This document shows, piece by piece, positions 23,627 to 36,224 of a stretch of 48,932 bases of DNA; within the stretch, counting starts at the first letter, position 1, and the number at the start of each line of letters is the position of its first letter. The notes under the pieces are model-generated. The model was given only the letters and a program-made list of their open reading frames with translations. It made no database searches and was not told the origin of the DNA. The stretch covers positions 150,145,105-150,194,036 of the forward strand of contig NC_068981.1 in the NCBI RefSeq assembly GCF_001194135.2, written 5' to 3'. This DNA is from Octopus bimaculoides (taxonomy: Eukaryota). The position numbers were made by a program, and so were the translations under genes.

Positions 23627-24144
23627 NNNNNNNNNNNNNNNNNNNNNNNNNNNNNNNNNNNNNNNNNNNNNNNNNNNNNNNNNNNNNNNNNNNNNNNNNN
23701 NNNNNNNNNNNNNNNNNNNNNNNNNNNNNNNNNNNNNNNNNNNNNNNNNNNNNNNNNNNNNNNNNNNNNNNNNNNNNNNNNNNNNNNNNNNNNNNNNNNN
23801 NNNNNNNNNNNNNNNNNNNNNNNNNNNNNNNNNNNNNNNNNNNNNNNNNNNNNNNNNNNNNNNTGTGTTTGTGCGTATGTGTGTGTGTGTGTGTGTGTGT
23901 GCGTATATAGATATATATGTTTGTGTGTCTGTGTTTGTCCTCCCCAGCATCGCTTGACAACCGATGCTGGTGTGTTTACGTCCCCGTAGCTTAGCAGTTC
24001 GGCAAAAGAGACCGATAGAATATGTACTAGCCTTACAAAGAATAAGTCCTAGGGTCGATTTACTCGACTATAAAGGCAGTGCTCCAGCATGGCCACAGTC
24101 AAATGACTGGAACAAGTAAAAGAGTGAAAAGAGAGTAAAAGAGT
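23435..24144 (+). mobile_element. Near full-length tRNA-derived SINE family D with internal (TA)n/(TG)n (gap)
   Basis: A-box-like TGGCTGTTTGGTAAG, B-box-like GGTTCAGTCC (23483-92), CTTGGGGCAAGT core, internal microsatellite after GAAAGAAGCCTGTCG, and an (AAAAGAGT)-like tail. At least five other partial copies in the window. Confidence 0.9.
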
Positions 24145-26429
24145 TATGTGGTAGTTGTTTTCAATCTCTGTCACGATTTGAACAGTGCAACGATGAAAGT
24201 TGTTTCATCCAAACCTATCACAATCGTTCAATGGCGTAGTGGACCCAGAATAACAGTTCCCATTGTGGTCATCTTTATTAGAAGATAGGATTCTATTTCT
24301 TGCCGGTTAAACGACTATCAGGACGCTCCCTCTTTACTTCCGGTTTCTTCAGCAGTGAATATGCATAGAAAATAAATCAAATACTTATTTAATAGACCAG
24401 ACCGGAAAATTCATAAATGTTTAACTTCAACAGTAGATTAAGAGGTATTAATGTCTTTCTTAAGTGTAGTAGAGACAGAAAAAATTCTCAATGTAATAAG
24501 CGAGAAGAATCTCTTTGGGCTTTAAGAAATTGCTTGCTAAATCTTCGTCAAATTATGTTTGCAGCATAAAAAGGACGTTGGATTATGCAGAACTAGATAG
24601 TACTAGTCATTGCTATAATTTTCGGACAAGGGTTATCACTTCAGGATAATCAACAGCATCTGGAAGCAACTGAACATAGAATTTTATAACAATGAGAAGC
24701 TAACAAAAGTTAAGGGAGGTAACTCAGCAATATAAACGCGTGAATATTCACTCTGACTAAATAAATTACATTACTTACATCTGTCTGTCTCCTCTCCCTC
24801 TCACTTTCTCCCTCTTTCTTTCTCCCTCTCTCTTCATTTCTCTCCCCTCTCATTTTCTCCCTCGATCTCTTCCTCCCTGTCTCCATCTCTCACTCCATCT
24901 TTTATAAGTATGCGTTTAGCATATGTACGTATATGTCTGGGTGTTTATGCGGTATATTATGGTTTTTAAGTGTGTGTGTATGTGTGTGTGCTTGTGTATA
25001 TATAAATATGGCATATATGTTTATTATATACATAAGAGTGTGTGCATATACATACATAGAGACAGACAGACAACCGAACAGACAGACAGACAAAAGACAG
25101 ACAGATAGATACTTAAAACATGTATATGTGTATGTCTGCGCGCACCTGTTTATATTTAATGACTATAAGCGCACGCGTGTGTGTATATATATAGATATAC
25201 ATTTATGTGTGTGTGTNNNNNNNNNNNNNNNNNNNNNNNNNNNNNNNNNNNNNNNNNNNNNNNNNNNNNNNNNNNNNNNNNNNNNNNNNNNNNNNNNNNN
25301 NNNNNNNNNNNNNNNNNNNNNNNNNNNNNNNNNNNNNNNNNNNNNNNNNNNNNNNNNNNNNNNNNNNNNNNNNNNNNNNNNNNNNNNNNNNNNNNNNNNN
25401 NNNNNNNNNNNNNNNNNNNNNNNNNNNNNNNNNNNNNNNNNNNNNNNNNNNNNNNNNNNNNNNNNNNNNNNNNNNNNNNNNNNNNNNNNNNNNNNNNNNN
25501 NNNNNNNNNNNNNNNNNNNNNNNNNNNNNNNNNNNNNNNNNNNNNNNNNNNNNNNNNNNNNNNNNNNNNNNNNNNNNNNNNNNNNNNNNNNNNNNNNNNN
25601 NNNNNNNNNNNNNNNNNNTATATATATATAATCCCTGTGTCCACTTCCTGTGAAATAGATTAATATTGAGGAAATGCTTTTATTTTGATCTTCTGTTTTT
25701 TTTTTGTTTCGCATTTCAATATAAATATTGATTTATAACACTGGCACAACGCCACACATATTTCGGGGATTAGGTGGGGTATATAATTGATCATATCGAT
25801 TCCTAGACTTGTATGGTTCCATATTTTATCACCCATCCCCAGAAGCATGAAAAAAAAAGTTAACTTGGGCGGAGTTTGAACTTAATAAATGTAGTACAAT
25901 TATTAATGCGCTACTTTTTGGCGCAAGTGGTAGAGCAGTGAACAATATTCCTTTAAATATAGTCATATTTCCCTTTAAGTTCTGAGTTTGATTCTTACTT
26001 AACTTAACCTGCATTTATTTGTACCACACTTGGTAAATAAATATTAATGAAATAAATGTTTGTCACGTGAATTTATTAGAAATTAATAGTTTTTTTTTAT
26101 TTTTACTTTTTTTCTTTTATTGCTTTGTTAATGCACTTTTCCAAACACACGAATATGTTGATGCTACATATCTTTTCTTTGTCTTTATTCCTCTTTTGTG
26201 GAAATTTGTTTTAGCTTCTGTGCTAAGCGTCATTCAACCCACATGTTCTCTTCCAGCATATAATGTAGTTTCTATTAAAATGATTTTAATTTGCGTGCGC
26301 GTGTGTGCGTTTGTATATACAAACATACACACATACATGCATATGTATGTATGAATGTATGTTTGTACTATGTATGCATGCATGCAAATATATATATATA
26401 TATATATTCATGCATGCATACATGCACAT

Positions 26430-26611
26430 ATATACACACATACACAAACACTCTCAGACATCCATATATATGTATATAATTTACACACATGTGTATAGGT
26501 GTGCGTAAGTTTATATACGTATATATTCACCTACATTTATGTGTGCATAATTATATGTGTGTCTGTTTGTGCGTGCACATATTTATTACCAAGTCCATAT
26601 ATATATATGCA

Positions 26612-26695
<84 letters not shown>

Positions 26696-26860
26696 GGCAT
26701 GCATACATACATGCATACATAGACTTGCTTATGTGCACACACGCATATAATTATGCACACATAAATGTAGGTGAATATATACGTATATACACATGCGCAC
26801 ACCTATATACATGTGTGTAAATTATATATATATATATATGTATGTATGAGTGTGTTTGAG
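26430..26860. repeat. Large palindrome centred on a (TA)n tract
   Basis: 26512-26557 is a perfect 46-bp reverse complement of 26744-26789, including non-microsatellite sequence (TTCACCTACATTT / AAATGTAGGTGAA). About 5 differences over the 84-bp core. Confidence 0.9.
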
Positions 26861-28459
26861 TATGTGTGTGTATGTTTATGTATGTTTGCATACACATATG
26901 GATATGTATGCATGTATATCTATGCATATACATATGTATATACCTATGTGCATGCTTATATATATATATATATACACGCAACTATTGAAGATAATTTATA
27001 AGTTCACTGCGTACACAACCCTCTTTCAAACGTTTTTCCTTGCATTTCTCTTACGTTATCACCAACCTCTTCTCATTTCCTTCGCAGTCTCTGTCATAAC
27101 CATCGTTTCTTATTTTTCTCTCATCTTCTTTATTCTTATCTCTATTCCTTTATTTCTTTCTCGCTTCTCCTCTCTTTTCACTTCTCTCTATTTCATTCTG
27201 TCTATTATCTTTCCCTCTCTACTCTATCTACAACAACATCACTATCTGAAACAACTGCGCTACTAATAAGATTCTCACTAACACTGACTTGAACAACCAC
27301 CACTTATTCTTCTTGTAGTTCTCCTTCTCTCTAGCAAACTGTTTACCTTTTTAAAAAATCCCCCCCCCGTCTTCCTCGTATTATTCTCTCACCCCTCTCT
27401 CTTCCACTCTCTTTTGCTCTCGCTTCTTTTTGCCTCTCCACTCTTCCTTTCCTTCAGTCTCTGTATCTCTCCCTCTCTCTCTATCATATTATGATTGTTA
27501 CCGGAATCGGTGCACCTCAAATATTTTTGAAGGAATTTATCTAAACACCGTTTTCTACCTTTAACTATTACCTTTGCATAAATATCAACGCGATAAAATA
27601 CAATTTATTTATAACTAAAACGCCTGTAAGATACATAAACAAAGCTTTGAACGCCTACACAAGTACACACTCGCAAATGTATACACAGATAAATTTATAC
27701 ATATCCATATAATTATACATAGGCACACACATGTATATGCATACGCATCTAGATGCAGATATACAAACTATTAACTGATGCACACATATGCGTGCACAAT
27801 TACAACACACTTTCTCACACACAGGTGCATGCACATGTAAATATATCGATGCACGAGTAAATTTCTATGTTTAAATATCTCCGCACGATTTTTCTATGTT
27901 GCATTTCCCCCGTATTCACATATGCATCATTGAATCCTAATGTTTAGCAAAATAGGTGTGCATGCGGTTGTTGCGCTTACTACACACGTGAATATAATTC
28001 GTTAAGAACTGTGCGAAACAGAAAACAAAATTATTACTTTTAAGAATCGAAAGTGTAAATATTCCGAAGTCTATGGAGAACGACCAGCATCATTGTAAGT
28101 TGAAAGCTTTATTATATATATTTATTCATAATTAGAAACAAATATTTGTTGTCGTTGTCGTTGTTGTTGTTGTTATTGGGATTTACCTTAAATTATGTTA
28201 CCTGGGTTGCTCCGCTATTTGGGATTTTGTTATTGTTGTTGTTGTTGAAATATTTTCGGCGGTGGATGCAATGGGGCCGTGCAGAAGAGTTTCATTCTAT
28301 ATATTTTGTCGTAAGGTTGTTTTTTTTTTATTTATTACCTATTTATTTATTAATTGCTTTTGTTGATTTCTTTTTAATCGATGGAAAAGGTGTTCATGGG
28401 TATTGTTTTATGTTTGCCGCTTTGAATCGTCTTCAACGATTCGGTCCCTTGTATATTAA

Positions 28460-28513
28460 TTATTATTATTATTATTATTATTACTATTATTATTATTATT
28501 ATTNNNNNNNNNN

Positions 28514-28554
<41 letters not shown>

Positions 28555-28850
28555 GGCAGAAACGTTAGCACGCCGTGCAATATGCTTAGCAGCATTTCGT
28601 CCGTCCTCGTATTCTGAGTTCAAATTCCGTCAAGGCCGACTTTTCTTTTCATCCTTTCCGGGTAGGAGTCGACGTAATCAACTTACCCCGTCCCACGAAA
28701 TTGCTAGCCTTCTGTCAAATTTTGATAGCAATATTATTATTAACATTATTATTACTATTATTATTATTAAGGCGACGTGCGGACAGAATAATTAGCACAC
28801 CGGACAAAATGCTTAGCGGCATTCCGTCCGTCTTTCAGGCCTTGGGTCTA
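28460..28850 (+). mobile_element. SINE family A tandem copies (28554-28730, 28770-28840), each preceded by (TTA)n
   Basis: GGCAGAAACGTTAGCACGCCG..TGCTTAGC..ATTTCGTCCGTC..CTGAGTTCAAATTCCG (B-box-like GAGTTCAAATTCC) recurs across the window. Confidence 0.85.
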
Positions 28851-28862
28851 TAGTAGAACGGA

Positions 28863-28948
28863 TTCTTCTTCTTCTTCTTCTTCTTCTTCTTCTTCTTCTT
28901 CTTCTTCTTCTTCTTCTTCTTCTTCTTCTTCTTCTTCTTCTTCTTCTT
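28863..28948 (+). repeat. (TTC)n microsatellite
   Basis: Perfect trinucleotide run. Confidence 0.98.
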
Positions 28949-29244
28949 CGCAACACTTTAATGCGTGTTTCTACTGCACCACCAGGTGTATATCATTGAT
29001 CCTGAGGTGTGTATAACAACTTCGTTTGATTTAATTGACGGTACCTCGCCTCTTGCCTCCGGCGGCCTTGAGAATCTAAAAACAATTATACCAGAAACAA
29101 TTGTTGCTGTTATTGGTGTCATTATTGTCTAGCGCCAACGCAACTATAGTAGAGCAAACATCAAAGGGCTTATAGATTGTAGCCGTCATTTTAAAAATTC
29201 TTTTTGTTTTATTTATTTATTTATTTATTTATTTATTAACATAT

Positions 29245-29470
29245 CCAGGTTTACATCATCCAGGGTCCCCTTTTTCCGGTTTTTAAGACATAAAGTTTGT
29301 AGTGAGGAACATACGGCTGTTATTTCTGGCAGGTCGTGTGATACGTAGATTTTCCTGAAAATGCAATGTCGTTGTTATAATCATTATTGTAAAGTTCAAA
29401 CCCAAACGGGGTCAACTGTCTGTGTAGTTCAACAGACCATGATTGATAAAAGGATGACCAGATAAGGTGC
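29245..29470 (+). mobile_element. SINE-like family B fragment
   Basis: TTTTAAGA...GGCTGTTATTTCTGGCAGGTCGTGTGA..CGTAGA motif shared with 32995-33165, 33455-33660(-), 40715-40925(-) and 41020-41215. Confidence 0.55.
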
Positions 29471-29769
29471 AATGATTTCTAGTTAAGCAACCTTTAAGTT
29501 CTGAGTTGTTTTGAGATTTTTCCCCCTATTATATACTATACAGCCCCCTGCAATAAGAAGGAGGGGTCCAAAGTGTGCAGCCCTCTACTTGCTTTGAATA
29601 CTAATGGGTCATATTTTCACACCCCATTCGTCACTTATGTTTTTTGGTAAAACATGTGCCTCATAAAACCACATTTGGCCTTTTTACTTGTGTGTATGAT
29701 GTCTAGCACATTGAAAGGCATTCAAGGGTTATTGATTGGTAGCACCTTTATGACACTTAGTAAGGTGAC

Positions 29770-30400
29770 CAATGGTATTTGTGGGTTCTCATTATCGGTC
29801 TATTCTGAGTTTGAATTCTGTCTCATTTATTTTTTCTTTTCACAGGCACTCGACGGCTGCACTGACATATCGACCCGGGTCGACATGACAGTGCACCCGT
29901 CGAGTATGTGAGTCGATTGTATCGAATATTCCCTTTCCCCACAAAATTTCTTGTCTTATTCCTAAATCAGAAACCATTATTTTAACCGATCAACCCCTTC
30001 TCCTCAAATTTTGGGCATTGTTTCATTCTTAGAAACCAATTATCATTATTACAAAGGTTGTTATGGCGGCGAGCTGGTACAATCATTAGGACGCCGGACA
30101 AAACGTTCAGCGGCATTTCTTCCCTCTTTAGTTCAAATACCGCCGCGGTCAACTTTGCTCTTCATCCTCTCAGGGTCGATAAAATCAGTACTAGTGGAAT
30201 ACGGGGTTCGATGTAATCGATTAACGACTCCAAAGAAAATTTCTGGCCTTGTGCGCATACATAGTATTAAGAAGATTGTTCGATTGCAAACAAGTTGGAG
30301 TTACACCTAAATATGGCTCTTAGCGTCCTGAGTTCAAATCACAACAAAATCGATTTTCACATCCCTCCTGAGTCGATAGAATAAAATACTAGTCATAGAC
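29770..30400 (+). mobile_element. Head-to-tail run of decayed SINE family A copies
   Basis: Copies at about 29770-30045 (ending AGAAACCAATTATCATTATT), 30064-30270 (GGCGGCGAGCTGG...) and 30300-30400. Confidence 0.7.
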
Positions 30401-30890
30401 TGATGTCAGCCTTATATACTGCATGCTTTATACTGAAAAACAAAAAGGAGTTATATTGATCCTAAGTCGAAAATCCTTATTGATAGTACTAAGCAGATGT
30501 GCATATATGTTTATGAGAACTACATAAACAACGTGCATTCAAATCTATCCGGGAATCTCGCATACTTTATCAGTTTCCTCTGCACCGATAAAATGCGTAT
30601 CAGTAATACCCAGCGATTGATTAGTAACACCAAAATTCACTTCTTTATTATGCTTTCTGCTTATTGATAGTGACATTTCAGAATGTTGTAGTTACTAAAT
30701 TTATGTAGGTGTGCATGTACGTATATGTGTATGTATGAATGTGTGTATATATATGTATGTATGTATGCATGTTACATACATGTATTTATGCATGAATGTA
30801 CGTATGTATGCATACAGCATACATGTATGCATTTATGTAAATATGTATCTCTCTATCTCACTCTCTAATCTCTCTATCTGTCTATCTCTT

Positions 30891-30935
<45 letters not shown>

Positions 30936-30952
30936 TCTCCCTCCGTCTCTCT

Positions 30953-30992
<40 letters not shown>

Positions 30993-31644
30993 ATATATCA
31001 GCAGCAGCAGCAATCGGCTATCCTCTGTCAAAGGGTCGGTTTGCCGAGACACACCAGCTCCCTCTCTGTTACGCTGCATGCGTATGATAAGTCCGACATA
31101 CACAACATTCATACACAACACACGTACACATGCATAATATATCCCTTTAGCTCCCACTCGCTGTTGAGGATTACTGAGTATGAAGCACAATGCTTTCGCT
31201 AATTGTTTTAGATGCTCGTATCGTCGCGTGTAAAGGGAGACACCCTTTGTGACATACCACGCGTGACCCTGGTGAAAATCTTGGATGTGACAACTGGAGA
31301 AAATAGGGCATCGCCTCTATTGGGTATTAATGTATTTAGATTATGCTATATGTGCATATATATTAATGTTTCGTTGACAGTGACTTCGAAGTTATGCGGA
31401 GTATGTCGTTTATTCACACAGCATTAAAAAAAGCCTCTTATTCGGCGAAACTTGACTGTCAATCTAATTATGTATTGAGCTCAACATTTGCATTACAGAC
31501 TTGTACTCAACAAGTACTCGTTAGATTTATCTATATAAGAAGGATTAAACACATACACACACACACACACATCTGTATATATGTATCTATCTTAGTATGC
31601 ATGTATGTATACATGCATGCATATGTGTAGGTATGTATGTATTT

Positions 31645-31775
31645 AGGAGCAGGCGTAGGTGTGTCGTAAGGAGCTTGATTCCCAACCACGTGGTCTTGGG
31701 TTCAGTCCCACTGTGTGTTCCACTATAGCTCCAGCCCAACCAATGCCTCGTCAATGGATTTGCCAGACGGAAGAA
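31645..31775 (+). mobile_element. SINE family D 5' fragment
   Basis: GCAGGCGT..GTGTCGTAAG..GCTTGATTCCCAACCACGTGGTCTTGGGTTCAGTCCCACTG..CACTATAGCTCC..GGATTTGCCAGACGGAA. Confidence 0.75.
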
Positions 31776-31955
31776 TGCTTTTGAGAGTGACTTCGAAGTT
31801 TCAGCTAGTAAAGCCAACCTTGGATTGCAGTCCAGGGATGGCATACATTCTTGTATAAGAATAATAAATTTAGACTCTACAGAAGATTAAAGTATAAAAT
31901 AACCCATCAGATTGATTTAAAATTGTTTTATAATTAAACGTATAAACAAATATAA

Positions 31956-31990
<35 letters not shown>

Positions 31991-32224
31991 TAAGATTATC
32001 AAGTGTGCGGCAGAATATAGTCTGTAGATAAAGGAACCAATTCCAATCCTTTTCGACTTTAAATCCCTCCAGCAGAGAGTCGGTGGAGTGGTGGTCAAAA
32101 TGCTTTACGCTATTGGATTTTATTTCTTTAACTTTCTGATTAAGCTGTAACGGGACTCAGCCAGATATCGACCTGCAGTGAGAATGGATGTGATACTAAC
32201 TAGGAGAAGTAACAGTAATATACT

Positions 32225-32620
32225 GTTTCAAATTTGTCAAGGGTTCCATTCGATTACATCGACCCCCAATACTCAAACTGGCTCTTATTTTATCGATACC
32301 AAAAGGATAATGGCAATGCCGACCTCGACGGAATTTGAACTCAGAACGTGAAGGCTAAGCATTTTACCTGGCATTCTAACGATTCTATTTCGTTACTGCC
32401 CACAAGGGGCTACACACAGAGGGGAAAATCAAGGACAGACAAACGGATTAAGGCGATTATATCGACCACCAGTGCGTAACTGGTACTTATTTAATCGACC
32501 CCGAAAGGATGTAAGGCAAAGTCGACCTCGGCGGCGGAATTTGAACTCAGAGCGTAGCGACAGACGAAATACCGCTAAGCATTTCGCCCGGCGTGCTAAC
32601 GATTCTGCCAGCTCGCCGCC
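32225..32620 (-). mobile_element. SINE family A dimer: full copy 32387-32620 joined to a head-truncated older copy
   Basis: Two successive ATCGACCCC..AAAGGAT..GGCAA.G.CGACCTCG.CGGAATTTGAACTCAG units. The full copy starts (minus strand) GGCGGCGAGCTGGCAGAATCGTTAGCACGCCGGGCG. Confidence 0.9.
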
Positions 32621-32994
32621 TTAATTGTATCAACTATTAATTAATAATTATGAAAATAAAGACAGGTGTTTATTTTTGATTACCTGTGCTCCTCTATAGG
32701 CTTCTATATACGCTCTGTGTTTAGTGTTGTTATTATTATGTGTTTTAAGTTCAAATCTAACGACGATGTTTACTTACCTCAAGATTCACTAAATCAATAC
32801 CTGTTATGTACCCATGCTGTTATCGTTGTTGTTGGTATTCTCAATGTCGTTATCGTTGCTTTTATTGTTGTTGTTCGTGGTGGTGGTGTCAACATTATTG
32901 CTACTGTTATTCCTGTTATTGTTCCTATTGCTGTAACTGTTGTTGTTGACGTTGTTACTGTCACTTGTTGATGTATTTATTTTTACTCAGGCCT

Positions 32995-33660
32995 AGATGA
33001 AAAACATACCAACCTGTGGTCCCAACCTGTCATGCTAAGAGATACGCAGGACTATATTATGTACCGTACCCTTTTCTCCCTTAAGATAACAGTGTGTGTA
33101 ATTTACAGAAAATATGTTTGCTATTTCTAGCAGTTCTTTTGACCAGGTAAAAGCGCCTTAATCGGCCCATATTTAGACGTTCCCCCGTCTCTCATACAGA
33201 CACTCACTAATTCCATTTTCTTTGAAGCATATCTAACATATATAACCTATTATTACTTGTAACATTTCCACACACCTCCACTTTCGGCCTGATTTATTTT
33301 CCCAGCGCTAACCTTTACAGATATCATTAGCACAGCCACATAACTAATACACCACAGCCCAGCACCCTACCACACACCCCACCTCAATTTTCATTATTTC
33401 CTCCAGTGCTACCTCTGTTAAGAAACTTGTCATCGTCATTGAACTAACTAGAATGCCTCAACACTTCTACACGACCTGCTAGAAATAACAGTCAAGGCCA
33501 CTAGAAATTATATTCCCCAACATCTTTAAAGCCAAGAAACATTAGACAATGTAAACATAAGCATGATACAGTTGAAATAAACACGGGATGGTAAAGCCTG
33601 GGAGGCCTTTCACTATTGGTCAGCTCGAGCAGGGCTTAAATATTAAGGTTAACAGCAACA
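32995..33660. mobile_element. Two SINE-like family B fragments in inverted orientation (about 32995-33165 plus; 33455-33660 minus)
   Basis: TTTGCTATTTCTAGCAGTTC..TGACC on plus vs CGACCTGCTAGAAATAACAG on plus, which is the reverse orientation. Confidence 0.55.
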
Positions 33661-33849
33661 CTGACATTATTCACCAGCCAATAAGAAAGCAACTTATTGT
33701 CGTAATGAGCAACGAAGGTACCTCTAGCGGGTACACAACTCCCTAGAAATAGAAATCAAATTCCCCTCAATGCCTTCTTCAAAAGTGGACGGACATATTG
33801 GATAATACAGTTCCAGATGATACGCAATGTTTTATACACACACACACAA

Positions 33850-33890
<41 letters not shown>

Positions 33891-34024
33891 CACACACACA
33901 CATACGCACACTTGTAACACACACACATACACACGCACGTACATGTGTAAGACGAGGCAGTCACGTAGGGAATGTCGTTGATCATGGCTTTGCTTGATGA
34001 CAACTAACCATGGTGTAAATAATA

Positions 34025-34437
34025 ATCCTTTCTACTATAGGCACAAAACCTGAAATTTTGGAGTAGGGGACTAGTCGGTTACATCGATCCCAGTGCGTAG
34101 CTGATACTTAATTTATCGACCCAGAAAGGATGAAAGGCAAAGTCGAGCGCGACAGCATTTGAACTCTCAAGGGAACGACGGGCGAACCACAGCCAAGCAC
34201 CTCGTCCAGCGCGCTAACAATTCTTTTCTACTATAGCCACAAGGCCTAGATTTTGTGGAGAGGGGGCAGTCGATCACATCGAACCCAGTACACAACTGGT
34301 ACTTAATTTATCGATCTCGGAATGATGAAAGGCCAAGTCGACCTCGCCGGAATCTGAACTCAGAAAGCAACGACACGTGAACCACCTCCAAGCACCTCGT
34401 CCAACGCGCTAACAATTCCGCCAGCTCGCCGCCTTTA
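34025..34437 (-). mobile_element. Second SINE family A dimer
   Basis: Two units of about 205 bp share the variant GAACCAC..CCAAGCACCTCGTCCA.CGCGCTAACAATTC. The right unit carries the GCCAGCTCGCCGCC head. Confidence 0.9.
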
Positions 34438-34779
34438 TGGTGTAAACAATAATAATAGCAATTGTTCTGGCCACCGTACTAAGTCTTGCTAAAAATAACA
34501 GCTGAGTTTCGGTTCAGTTACTCCCGAGAGAGATTCATAAAACGATAATGGATTATAAATGTAAGGACACATTAGTTGGTAGTCCCAGATAAACCCTGAA
34601 ACAGGCGGAGGCGGTCACGGCTGGAATAGTCTTCGATTAAATATCTATTCAGTTAGGGGTGCTAAAAGAGGTATACGGCGACGAGGCAATTTACAGCTGT
34701 CCCTGTCATCACCAGCGCACCTTAACGTCATTAAAACGCACTGCCATTGCACGTGTGCTACAACTAACCACTAACACCA

Positions 34780-35974
34780 TCACCCATCGTAATACACTTC
34801 AACAGCACCTCTTGTAACATAAAAGAACACTTTCAACATCACCATCTCTACATCCGCCTGCACTACCGCATGCACCACAATCGTCGTTGCTATTATCAAC
34901 TGTACCAGCACCACCAGCACCAGCACTACTACCACCGCCACCACCGCTATCATACTATCATTATCACCATCAATACCACTGTTTTTTACTGCTGCCTTCA
35001 CTTCTACAGCAAGCATTATCACCATCACCGTTATTATCACTATCTCTGTCAGCATCGTCATCACTATTATCGCTACAATACCCTACCATCGCTCTATAAC
35101 CAATACTACAATATGCACCACCATTATCATTAGCGACACCACCATCACCACCGCCACCGCCACCAACACCAACACCACTAACATTACCACCGTTACTACC
35201 ATCCCTAGACCTCTACAATAAAGACTACCACCGTCACTGCAACTGTCGTTGTCATTCTGACCACCATCAATACCACTGCAACCGTCACCACCATCACCAC
35301 CACTACCACTACCACCACTACTATCACTACCATCACGAATATTACCATCTATTCTACCACCACCACAACAAATACCAATACAGCTACCACCACAGCACTA
35401 CCATCACCACCACCATCACCACCACCAATGCCACTGCTAGCACCCTCACCCTCAATATCACTAGCACCACCAATACTACCACTACTACCACAACGTTTAA
35501 CATCTCCGAAACCAACACTAGCGCCAATACCACTATCAACACTACCTCACTTCTACCATACTCACTGCATATACCACTATGTCTTTCACCGCAACCACTC
35601 AATCCACCACCGCTACTAGCTCCAACACTCTAATCCGGCATTGAAAATCCACTTCACCAATGCTTCAACCATCATCATCAACATCTATACACCAACTACC
35701 ACCACCACTACCATCTCCTGCCATTATCGTCTACAATCATTACACACCTTGTTCGCCCGCCCTCTTCTACCGCCCCTTCGTCTTCTGTTTCTTCCGTGCG
35801 GCCATCATCAAAAGTACCACTTCGACTTCTACTACCAATACTATACCACCACAATCATTAATTATTACCAATTATTACCACCGACAGTCACCCGAACGTG
35901 CACAACCCTTTATGATGATGACGACGACGACGACGATAATGATGGTGGTGATGATGATGATGATGATGATGAGG

Positions 35975-36006
<32 letters not shown>

Positions 36007-36189
36007 GACGATGATGTCGATGATGATGATGAGGATGATGATGTCGATGATGATGATGATGAGGATGATGATGATGATGATGATGATGTCGATGATGATG
36101 ATGATGGCGATGATGATGATGATGATAATGATGGGTATCATTACCATTATCAGCATCGCAACCACCACCACCACCACCACCACCGTACA

Positions 36190-36224
<35 letters not shown>

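Noticed and set aside
31379-31800. 15-bp direct repeat AGTGACTTCGAAGTT as a TSD
   Set aside because: The enclosed 390 bp is a mix of unique sequence, microsatellite and partial SINE, not one coherent element.
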